Shown: one piece after another, positions 30,014 through 37,692 of the stretch
How positions within the stretch are numbered: the stretch's first letter is position 1
Layout of the letters: each line of letters opens with the position of its first letter
NCBI GenBank assembly: GCA_902555055.1
Contig: CACDQN010000003.1
Location: forward strand, 15,860-79,859
Source: an uncultured Candidatus Actinomarina sp.
Lineage (GTDB): Bacteria; Actinomycetota; Acidimicrobiia; Actinomarinales; Actinomarinaceae
Direction: 5' to 3'
Length of the DNA stretch: 64,000 nucleotides
Notes under the pieces: generated by a model
The model's input: the letters and a program-made list of their open reading frames with translations, nothing else
Told to the model about the DNA's origin: nothing
Database searches by the model: none
Program-made: the position numbers and the translations under genes

Positions 30014-30945
30014 TGAATATTGAAAAAATAATTCCAATAGATTACGAACTCGTTGATATATTTGGTATAAATGATAAGAATTTAAAATTTCTCAAAACAA
30101 ATTATAAAAAAGCAAAGATTAATGTAAAAGGAAATGTTGTCTATATATCTGGTGATGACAAGACAACATCTGAAATTCTACAAATACTAGATGAGATGCT
30201 TTCAATTGCTAATAGAGGTGACGTAATAGAAATTGAAGATTTGAAATTGATTTCATCTATTAAGAAAGAACAAGACTCTGTATCTAGTAAAAGTAGCAAT
30301 GTGTTGATTCACAATAACAAAAATATTAAAGTTAAAAACCTTAATCAACTTAAATATATGGAAACAATTGAAAACTCTACAATTACATTTGGTATTGGAC
30401 CAGCTGGTACAGGAAAAACCTTTTTAGCTGTTGCAAGTGCAGTAAAAATGTATTCTGCCAACCAAATAAAAAAGATTGTTTTAACGAGGCCAGCAGTTGA
30501 AGCAGGAGAGAGACTAGGATACCTACCAGGAGATTTATCTCAAAAAATTGATCCTTATTTAGTTCCACTATTTGATTCCCTAGAGTATTTTTTTGGAAAT
30601 GAAACTTTGCAATATCTAATAGATAAAAGAAATATTGAAATTGTTCCACTTGCGTACATGAGAGGAAGAACTCTAAATGATGCATGTATAATTTTAGATG
30701 AAGCCCAGAATGCTAAATTTAGTCAAATAAAAATGTTTTTAACTAGATTGGGTGAAAATTCAAAAATGATAATTACTGGAGATGAGTCTCAAATTGACCT
30801 TATAAATAAAGACTTTTCAGGTCTAAAAAAAACTAGAAAGACTATTTCAAATATCGATGAAATTTCAGTAGTAGAATTTCAAAATACTGATATTGTTAGA
30901 AATAAGATTGTTTCAAAAATTTTAGAAGTATTTCCAGATAAATAA
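30013..30945 (+). CDS. phoH: PhoH-like ATPase
   Basis: Walker A GPAGTGKTFLAVA and Walker B IILDEAQN. Canonical phoH-(7TM-HD)-ybeY context. Confidence 0.9.
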   Translation: MNIEKIIPIDYELVDIFGINDKNLKFLKTNYKKAKINVKGNVVYISGDDKTTSEILQILDEMLSIANRGDVIEIEDLKLISSIKKEQDSVSSKSSNVLIHNNKNIKVKNLNQLKYMETIENSTITFGIGPAGTGKTFLAVASAVKMYSANQIKKIVLTRPAVEAGERLGYLPGDLSQKIDPYLVPLFDSLEYFFGNETLQYLIDKRNIEIVPLAYMRGRTLNDACIILDEAQNAKFSQIKMFLTRLGENSKMIITGDESQIDLINKDFSGLKKTRKTISNIDEISVVEFQNTDIVRNKIVSKILEVFPDK

Positions 30946-33110
30946 TGAATATATACCTTACACATTTGAGAAAAATATTATATATATTGCTATTTTCTAC
31001 TGCTGTGTGGTTTATTTCTTTTTCATTATTTCCTGAAAACCAAATTATTAAAATTGAAGTCGGAGATACTTCACCTGCTACTTTTTCTGCTCCTAGATTT
31101 ATATCAATTATTGATGAAAGTGAAACTGAAAACCTTAGGAATGAAGCTATTGAAAATGTACCCCCCGTATATTCCATTGATACTAAAGTTAATGTCCAAG
31201 TGATAGATGGAATAACTGAAATGTTCTTAACAGTTATAAAGGCTCGAACAGAAGAAGTCCTCACAACCGATGATGAAGCAAACCCGGAAGAATCTAATTC
31301 AACCGTTACAGTAGTTGACTTAAGTAAAGTTGATCAAATTTCAAAAATAAAATCCTCACTTTTATTTTCCACTATTTCAACTTCCGCTATTGAAGTTTTG
31401 GTAGAGATTTCCAATATTGATCAAGACAATTCATCTAATTTTCTTACGCAAATTGAATTTGAATCTAAGAATCAGGCTAACAGATTGCTTTCTAGTGGTA
31501 TAAACAATGAAAACCTAAATCAAGTCAGGCAGACCATTGTTCAAACTCCTCCAAATTTAAATCTTCCAAGCGAGCTTTATGTAATTGTTCCAGAAGCTCG
31601 TGTTAGGTCTATGGTAGGTGAGATAGTTGCAGAAAACTTGGTTGCAAATCAAAAACTTGAAGAAGAGCTGTGGAATGAACAAAAAAATAAAGCATCTGAG
31701 AATATTGAAGCTGTTATTATCCAATTTTTTAAAGATGAGATTGTCGTGAGTGAGGGACAAATTATAAATGATGTTAAGTATAAGGCTTTAGATGAATTTG
31801 GTTATCTTTCAGGTGAATCAAGAACCGTACAAACCGCAGCAATTCCAATTATATTTTCAGTCTTTCTAATACTCTATGTTCTTTTATGGAGACTGAGGGA
31901 CTCAATATGGAAAAATGACAATGAACTATTATTGATGCTTACTCTAATTCTTGTTTCTTCTCTTTTTTTAAGAGGTGTATCTTACTTTTCTCAACAATCT
32001 GACTTTGATTTTGTGCAATATGCACTCCCTATTTCTTTTGTTGGAATTATCTCAGTTACACTATTGAATTTAAGAGCTACTTTGATTTTATCTTTGTCTA
32101 GTTCTCTTTTAGCACTAGCTGGAGGTGGAAATATTGGGCTAGTTGCACTTGGAGCTCTAGGTACAATTATTCCCGCAATATTTCTATCTGAAGATACAGA
32201 TAGAGCACTACTAAGAGAAAGAATAATATATATATCATTAACCCAACCTTTGTTAGCTTTTGGAGTTTATTTTTTCCTAAGAGATGATGCGAACATTACC
32301 CAAATACTTGTATTTTCATTTTTGAGTGCTTTAATTGCTAATCTAGCTGCTTTTTCATTAACTTCTTATATCGAAAGTATATTTAGGTTGACCTCTAATT
32401 TTAAATTATCTGAATTAGCCGATAGAAATCACCCAGCTTTAAGGTATTTAGAAGAAAATGCATTAGGAACATTCAACCACTCTTTAGTAGTCGGCACCTT
32501 AGCAGATAGAGCAGCAAATCAAATTGGAGCAAATAGTCAATTAGCAAGAGCAATGGCTTATTACCACGATTTAGGCAAAACTGAGAACCCTACTATGTTT
32601 GTAGAGAATCAAATAGGATATTCAAACCCTCATGAAAGTTTATCACCTAGTGAATCTGCAAAAATAATAAAAAGTCACGTTACAGAGGGAGTTAGACTAG
32701 CAAAAAGGTTCAAAATTCCCGAGATAGTTTATAAAGGCATTATTGAACACCATGGAGATGGGGTCATTAGATATTTTTATGAAAAAGAAAAATTAGAAAA
32801 TAGTGAAGTCTTAAAAAAAGATTTCAGGCATTTAGGACAGAAGCCATCCTCTAAAGAATCTGCTATTTTAATGCTTGCAGATTCTTTAGAAGCTGCCTGC
32901 AGAGCTATCTTTATGGTTGAAGATGCCGATGAAGTGAAAATTAAAAATGTTATAGAAGAAATATTTAATGAAAAAATAGCTGATGATCAACTCAGTAAAG
33001 CACCTATTACATTTGAAGAACTAAGTGTCATTAAAGATTCATTTCAAAAAAGCCTCGAAGGTTTGTATCACCAAAGGGTACTCTATCCAGAAATCTCTGA
33101 AGAAGAATAA
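30945..33110 (+). CDS. 7TM receptor with intracellular HD hydrolase domain (PgpH/YqfF-like, putative c-di-AMP phosphodiesterase)
   Basis: N-terminal extracytoplasmic domain, a 7-TM block, then an HD domain (FNHSLVVG...YYHDLGK...IIEHHGDG). 721 aa. Confidence 0.8.
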   Translation: MNIYLTHLRKILYILLFSTAVWFISFSLFPENQIIKIEVGDTSPATFSAPRFISIIDESETENLRNEAIENVPPVYSIDTKVNVQVIDGITEMFLTVIKARTEEVLTTDDEANPEESNSTVTVVDLSKVDQISKIKSSLLFSTISTSAIEVLVEISNIDQDNSSNFLTQIEFESKNQANRLLSSGINNENLNQVRQTIVQTPPNLNLPSELYVIVPEARVRSMVGEIVAENLVANQKLEEELWNEQKNKASENIEAVIIQFFKDEIVVSEGQIINDVKYKALDEFGYLSGESRTVQTAAIPIIFSVFLILYVLLWRLRDSIWKNDNELLLMLTLILVSSLFLRGVSYFSQQSDFDFVQYALPISFVGIISVTLLNLRATLILSLSSSLLALAGGGNIGLVALGALGTIIPAIFLSEDTDRALLRERIIYISLTQPLLAFGVYFFLRDDANITQILVFSFLSALIANLAAFSLTSYIESIFRLTSNFKLSELADRNHPALRYLEENALGTFNHSLVVGTLADRAANQIGANSQLARAMAYYHDLGKTENPTMFVENQIGYSNPHESLSPSESAKIIKSHVTEGVRLAKRFKIPEIVYKGIIEHHGDGVIRYFYEKEKLENSEVLKKDFRHLGQKPSSKESAILMLADSLEAACRAIFMVEDADEVKIKNVIEEIFNEKIADDQLSKAPITFEELSVIKDSFQKSLEGLYHQRVLYPEISEEE

Positions 33111-33116
33111 TTTATT

Positions 33117-33557
33117 TTGAGATTCAATTACAGCGGATATTTTTACAATTTAGAAAAACAGGCATTTAATTCTGTAAGACATGAATTTGAAAATAATTTT
33201 AAAATATCGGATAAATTTACTTTGTTCATCCATTCTATATCTAGAGAAAATTCAAGAAAATTAAACTATAAAACTTTTAATAAAAATTATCCAACAGATG
33301 TTCTGACAATTCCCCTTTATAACAATTTAAGTGAGATAGAAAAGCTTGATAAAAATAATAACGAAGTCCTTGGAGATCTATTTCTTAATAGAGCATTAAT
33401 AAAAGAAAATGCTACCAGGTATGATAAAAATCTTGTTGAAGAGTATCAATTAGTTTTACTTCATGGATTGTTACACTTAATTGGGTATTCACATAATGAT
33501 CAAAATAAATTAAGTGGAATTGAAGAAAAAATATTAAAAAAGGTATGGAATGAATAA
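33117..33557 (+). CDS. ybeY: Endoribonuclease YbeY
   Basis: Zinc motif HGLLHLIGYSH (H...H.....H). 146 aa. TTG start. Confidence 0.85.
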   Translation: MRFNYSGYFYNLEKQAFNSVRHEFENNFKISDKFTLFIHSISRENSRKLNYKTFNKNYPTDVLTIPLYNNLSEIEKLDKNNNEVLGDLFLNRALIKENATRYDKNLVEEYQLVLLHGLLHLIGYSHNDQNKLSGIEEKILKKVWNE

Positions 33558-34263
33558 TAAAGAGGCATCTCTTAAACACTTAGCAATAATCATGGATGGA
33601 AATGGAAGATGGGCCTTAAATAAAGAACTGCCAAGGACTTCTGGACATGCAGAAGGAGAGCACTCACTTTCTAGAACTATTGATTGGGCCATATCTAATA
33701 AAATCAAATGGCTTACAGTTTATGCCTTTTCTACTGAAAATTGGTTACGCTCATCTGATGAAGTTGATTACTTAATGTTTTTTAATAGAGATATTCTTAT
33801 TCGAAGGAGAGATGAATTTAATGACAAAGGTGTGAAATTTCGATTTCTTGGGAATTTGAATGATGAAAAAATTCCTGATGAAAATAAAATCTTAATGAAA
33901 GAAACAGAGGAAATTACAAAAAATAATAGTAATTTGAATCTAGTTTTTGCTTTTAATTATGGTTCACATAATGAAATCCATAGTGCAATTATGAAACTGC
34001 ACAATAACAATCTTGAAAAAATGTTATCTCTTGAGGAAATAACAGATAGTTTTTATAGTAATTTTCAATACCCTGATATTCCATTTCCAGATGTCTTACT
34101 TCGAACTGCTGGAGAAGAACGTATAAGTAATTTCCTATTATATCAACTTGCTTATACTGAATTAATTTTTATTGACACTTTATGGCCTGATGTAAATCAA
34201 GACATATTAGATAATGTATTACTAGAATTTAAGTCAAGGAATAGAACATATGGAAAAAACTAA
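33550..34263 (+). CDS. uppS: Undecaprenyl (isoprenyl) diphosphate synthase
   Basis: HLAIIMDGNGRWA and RTAGEERISNFLLYQLAYTE motifs. 8-bp overlap with ybeY. Confidence 0.92.
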   Translation: MNNKEASLKHLAIIMDGNGRWALNKELPRTSGHAEGEHSLSRTIDWAISNKIKWLTVYAFSTENWLRSSDEVDYLMFFNRDILIRRRDEFNDKGVKFRFLGNLNDEKIPDENKILMKETEEITKNNSNLNLVFAFNYGSHNEIHSAIMKLHNNNLEKMLSLEEITDSFYSNFQYPDIPFPDVLLRTAGEERISNFLLYQLAYTELIFIDTLWPDVNQDILDNVLLEFKSRNRTYGKN

Positions 34264-35545
34264 CAAAGATTTGTTTGAAAAAATTGTTACAATTTCCCAA
34301 TCTAGGGGTTTTGTATTCAATGCTTCTTCAATTTATGGTGGGTTACGAAGTTCTTATGACTATGGCCCCCTTGGTGTTAGTTTAAAAAACAATTTAGCAG
34401 CTAGTTGGTGGCGAGATATTAACAATGATGATGTTTTGTCAATTTATCCTGTAGACACTGCAATAATACAAAGTTCTGAAGTTTGGAAAGCATCTGGACA
34501 TTTAGCTGAATTTTCAGATCCTATGGTTGATCATAAACCTACAGGTGAAAGATTTAGAGCAGATCAGGTGCCAGATGATATTAAAAAAGAAGACTTAACA
34601 GAACCTCGTCATTTTAATCTTATGTTTGAAACTAATATCGGTCCAGTTAAAAATGAAAACTCAGCCGTTTATCTAAGACCAGAAACTGCTCAGGGTATAT
34701 TTGTAAACTTTGAAAATGTTTTAAGAACAATGAGAGCAAAATTGCCATTTGGCATAGCAAATATTGGTAAATCTTTTAGGAATGAAATTACACCCGGACA
34801 GTTTATTTTTAGAACTAGAGAGTTTGAACAAATGGAAATTGAGTTCTTTTGTAAGGAAGAAGATCAAGAACACTGGTTTAACTTTTGGATAAACAAGAGA
34901 CTCGATTGGTATAAGTCACTGGGAATTTCAGAAGATAAGTTGAGAATACGACCCCATGAAGAAGATGAATTAGCTCACTATGCATCTAAAACATCAGACA
35001 TTGAATTTATGTATCCATGGGGTTGGGGAGAGTTAGAGGGCATTGCCAATAGAGGAACCTTTGATTTAACATCTCATGAAAGAGAAAGCGGAAAAGACCT
35101 AACATATTTTGATCCTGAAACTAATAAAAAAATTAATCCTGTTGTAATAGAGCCTGCTGGAGGCCTGACTAGAACTTTATTTGCTATTTTATGTTCCAAT
35201 TATGATGAAGATACTGTAAACGACAGTACACGTACATTATTCAGATTCAATTTTGATATTGCACCAATTCAAATTGCAATTCTTCCACTTAGTAAAAAAG
35301 ACAATTTAATTAATATTTCAAAAGAAATTAAGAATAATTTACAAAAGAGTTTTAGAACTGAAATTGATTTAACTCAATCAATTGGAAAAAGATACAGAAG
35401 ACAAGATGAGATTGGAACTCCGTATTGCATAACAGTTGATTTTGAGACAGCAGATGATAAATCTGTAACTATAAGAAATCGAGACACCATGGACCAAGAA
35501 AGAGTTGAAATTAATAAACTTCATCATTATTTTGAGAATATCTAA
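34250..35545 (+). CDS. glyQS: Glycyl-tRNA synthetase (alpha2 type)
   Basis: IYGGLRSSYDYGPLG, RPETAQGIF and FRNEITPG class-II motifs, with a C-terminal anticodon-binding domain. 14-bp overlap with uppS. Confidence 0.9.
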   Translation: MEKTNKDLFEKIVTISQSRGFVFNASSIYGGLRSSYDYGPLGVSLKNNLAASWWRDINNDDVLSIYPVDTAIIQSSEVWKASGHLAEFSDPMVDHKPTGERFRADQVPDDIKKEDLTEPRHFNLMFETNIGPVKNENSAVYLRPETAQGIFVNFENVLRTMRAKLPFGIANIGKSFRNEITPGQFIFRTREFEQMEIEFFCKEEDQEHWFNFWINKRLDWYKSLGISEDKLRIRPHEEDELAHYASKTSDIEFMYPWGWGELEGIANRGTFDLTSHERESGKDLTYFDPETNKKINPVVIEPAGGLTRTLFAILCSNYDEDTVNDSTRTLFRFNFDIAPIQIAILPLSKKDNLINISKEIKNNLQKSFRTEIDLTQSIGKRYRRQDEIGTPYCITVDFETADDKSVTIRNRDTMDQERVEINKLHHYFENI

Positions 35546-37182
35546 TGGGCATAGCAAGACATTCTATTGAAGATTTAAAAAAAAGAACAAAGATTAGTGA
35601 CTTTATACTTTCTACGACCACTGGCAAATTAAGAGGATCAAAGGGGATGGCATTATGTCCATTTCATGGAGAAAAAACCGCAAGTATGAGTTTTACTGAT
35701 GTAGAAAATTTGTTTCACTGCTTCGGTTGCAAGGAGGGTGGTGATGTTTTTAAATATGTACAAGAAATAAATAATCTAGAATTTCAGGATGCAGTAGAAT
35801 TTGTGGCTGATAATTACGGATTTAAACTTTCCTATACCACCACCGGGCAAAATGAAGATTTTAAAAAATACCAATATAAAATGAATATTATTAGTGATTA
35901 TTTCATAGAAATAATGAATTCTAAAGCATCAAAAAAGGCATTAGATTACTTAAATTCTAGAGGTTTCGACTCTTCAGATATTAAGAAGTACTCAATATCT
36001 TTTATAGATTCAGATATAGAAAATTTTCAAAAATATTGTAAAAAGAATGAAATTGATAACCAAGATTTAAAACGTCTTGGATTTATGAGTAGTAATGACA
36101 ATTTTTTATTTAAAAATAGGATACTATTTCCAATCCTTAACATTCGATCAGAGATAGTTGCTTTCGGAGGAAGAGCATTAGATGACTTTGGACCAAAATA
36201 TTTAAATTCATCCGAATCACTTTTGTACAAAAAAAATAAAAACTTTTATTTTACCCGAGACTTTATTTCTTCAATTAAAAAGAAAGGTTATGTTTTTTTG
36301 GTTGAAGGATATTTTGATGTTCTCGCATTAAACAAACTTGGATATTCAAATGTTGCTTCTCCATCTGGGACTGCTTTATCTTCGCAACAATTGGAAGTTT
36401 TATCAAGATATACCAAAAAAATACTATTATGTTTTGATAATGATGAAGCAGGTTTAGCTGCTACAGAAAGAGTCCTTGAATTAAGAAATCAGATAGGAAA
36501 TAAATTAGAAATTAATTGCTTGAATCTTCCCCAGAATTATAAAGATTTGTCTGAACTATTCGAAAATAATCCCGAATCTTTCAAAGATATACTTAAAGAT
36601 AACTATGAACTTGTTGAGTATTTAATAGATAAATCTCTTTCAATAACTACCGATAAGCAGCGTACATTTGAGTATTTCCAAAAACTATCAAAATATCTAA
36701 GCCCATTGGAGTTAGATGTATCTCTTGATTTACTTGCTAAAAAAATTGACACTTCTAAAGATATTTTAAAAAGGGAACTGACTTTTCATACTAAAAATAC
36801 AATTGATAATCCTAGTTCACCAGCAAAGTCAAAAACTACAAATCCACATCTGGTATTTCAAGAGATTGTTACTGCTGATATTGTAAAAAGCAATTTTAGT
36901 TTTGATGAGCAAGTTTTAGAAATTCTTAATTTAAGTGACGAATTTGCAAAAACCGTCAATCAGTTGGAAAAAGATGGAGATAAAGATAATCAATATACAA
37001 ATATTTCTTACACTTCCGAACAATATGATGAATCCATATCGCGTCTTTACTTGCATTTTGCAAACATAAAAATTAATCAACTAATTAAAGAGTTTGAATC
37101 ATCTAAAAATAAAGATTTTTCTCTTTTACAATCTGTTGAAGATATAAAAAAGAAAATAGAAATTTATCAGAGTACCCTTTAA
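35545..37182 (+). CDS. dnaG: DNA primase
   Basis: Zinc finger CPFHGEKTASMSF...FHCFGCKEGGDVF, and TOPRIM motifs (LVEGYFDV, CFDNDEAG). TAATG overlap with glyQS. Confidence 0.92.
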   Translation: MGIARHSIEDLKKRTKISDFILSTTTGKLRGSKGMALCPFHGEKTASMSFTDVENLFHCFGCKEGGDVFKYVQEINNLEFQDAVEFVADNYGFKLSYTTTGQNEDFKKYQYKMNIISDYFIEIMNSKASKKALDYLNSRGFDSSDIKKYSISFIDSDIENFQKYCKKNEIDNQDLKRLGFMSSNDNFLFKNRILFPILNIRSEIVAFGGRALDDFGPKYLNSSESLLYKKNKNFYFTRDFISSIKKKGYVFLVEGYFDVLALNKLGYSNVASPSGTALSSQQLEVLSRYTKKILLCFDNDEAGLAATERVLELRNQIGNKLEINCLNLPQNYKDLSELFENNPESFKDILKDNYELVEYLIDKSLSITTDKQRTFEYFQKLSKYLSPLELDVSLDLLAKKIDTSKDILKRELTFHTKNTIDNPSSPAKSKTTNPHLVFQEIVTADIVKSNFSFDEQVLEILNLSDEFAKTVNQLEKDGDKDNQYTNISYTSEQYDESISRLYLHFANIKINQLIKEFESSKNKDFSLLQSVEDIKKKIEIYQSTL

Positions 37183-37205
37183 TTCATAGTATTATTAATT
37201 TGCTA

Positions 37206-37278
37206 TCCGAGGTAGCTCAATTGGCAGAGCAGCGGACTGTTAATCCGTTGGTTGTGGGTTCAAGTCCCACCCTCGGAG
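37206..37278 (+). tRNA. tRNA-Asn (anticodon GTT)
   Basis: Hand-folded 73-nt cloverleaf. Acceptor TCCGAGG/CCTCGGA, anticodon loop CT-GTT-AA, T arm GTGGG-TTCAAGT-CCCAC. No encoded CCA. Confidence 0.9.
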
Positions 37279-37314
37279 CTATACTTACAAATTTTCACTA
37301 TAATTAAAATGAAT

Positions 37315-37320
37315 GGAGGA
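37315..37320 (+). promoter_or_regulatory. Shine-Dalgarno (GGAGGA) for the SCP2 gene
   Basis: GGAGGA lies 3 nt upstream of ATG 37324. It supports the short start rather than the track ORF start inside tRNA-Asn. Confidence 0.5.
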
Positions 37321-37323
37321 ACA

Positions 37324-37611
37324 ATGGATTATTTAGCAGAGGTACAACAAAGAGCTGAGGGAAAAGACCTATCTACATTAGGTGGATCAGTCAAATTTGT
37401 TGTAGGAGAGAGTATTGTAATGATTGATGGCTTAAGTGGTGAAATATCAACTAATGATAGCGAAGCTACATGTACTGTTACAACTGATGATGAAACAATG
37501 CAGTCAATAATGGATGGATCATCAAGTCCACAGGCAGCATTTATGACTGGAAAGTTAAAAGTAGCTGGTGACATGAGTATGGCATTAAAGATTCAATCAG
37601 TAATTTCATAA
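37324..37611 (+). CDS. Stand-alone SCP2 (sterol-carrier-protein-2-like) lipid-binding domain protein
   Basis: C-terminal FMTGKLKVAGDMSMALKIQ matches the SCP2 signature (G.lki.Gdm..a.kl). 95 aa from ATG 37324. The track start at 37252 overlaps tRNA-Asn. Confidence 0.7.
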   Translation: MDYLAEVQQRAEGKDLSTLGGSVKFVVGESIVMIDGLSGEISTNDSEATCTVTTDDETMQSIMDGSSSPQAAFMTGKLKVAGDMSMALKIQSVIS

Positions 37612-37617
37612 ATATTA

Positions 37618-37691
37618 GGGCCTGTAGCTCAGTTGGTTAGAGCAACGGACTCATAATCCGTCGGTCGTAGGTTCGAGTCCTGCCAGGCCCA
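37618..37691 (+). tRNA. tRNA with CAT anticodon (elongator Met or lysidine-modified Ile2)
   Basis: Hand-folded 74-nt cloverleaf. Acceptor GGGCCTG/CAGGCCC, anticodon stem ACGGA/TCCGT with loop CT-CAT-AA, T loop TTCGAGT. A G1:C72 pair and no GGG/CCC anticodon stem, so it is not an initiator. Confidence 0.85.
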
Positions 37692-37692
37692 C

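Noticed and set aside
30896-31264. 122-aa minus-strand ORF across the phoH/7TM-HD junction, plus the other 60-112-aa antisense or alternate-frame ORFs in the track. Examples are 1663-1857, 3949-4245, 4650-4892, 16134-16424, 24514-24822, 25603-25878, 40183-40521, 47911-48129, 60876-61109 and 63089-63295.
   Set aside because: All lie fully inside well-supported genes on the other strand or frame. They have low-complexity, unrecognisable sequences and no start context. I treat them as shadow ORFs.
37252-37323. N-terminal 24 codons of track ORF 37252..37611
   Set aside because: The stretch overlaps the 3' end of tRNA-Asn. The GGAGGA 3 nt before ATG 37324 indicates the shorter SCP2 ORF.
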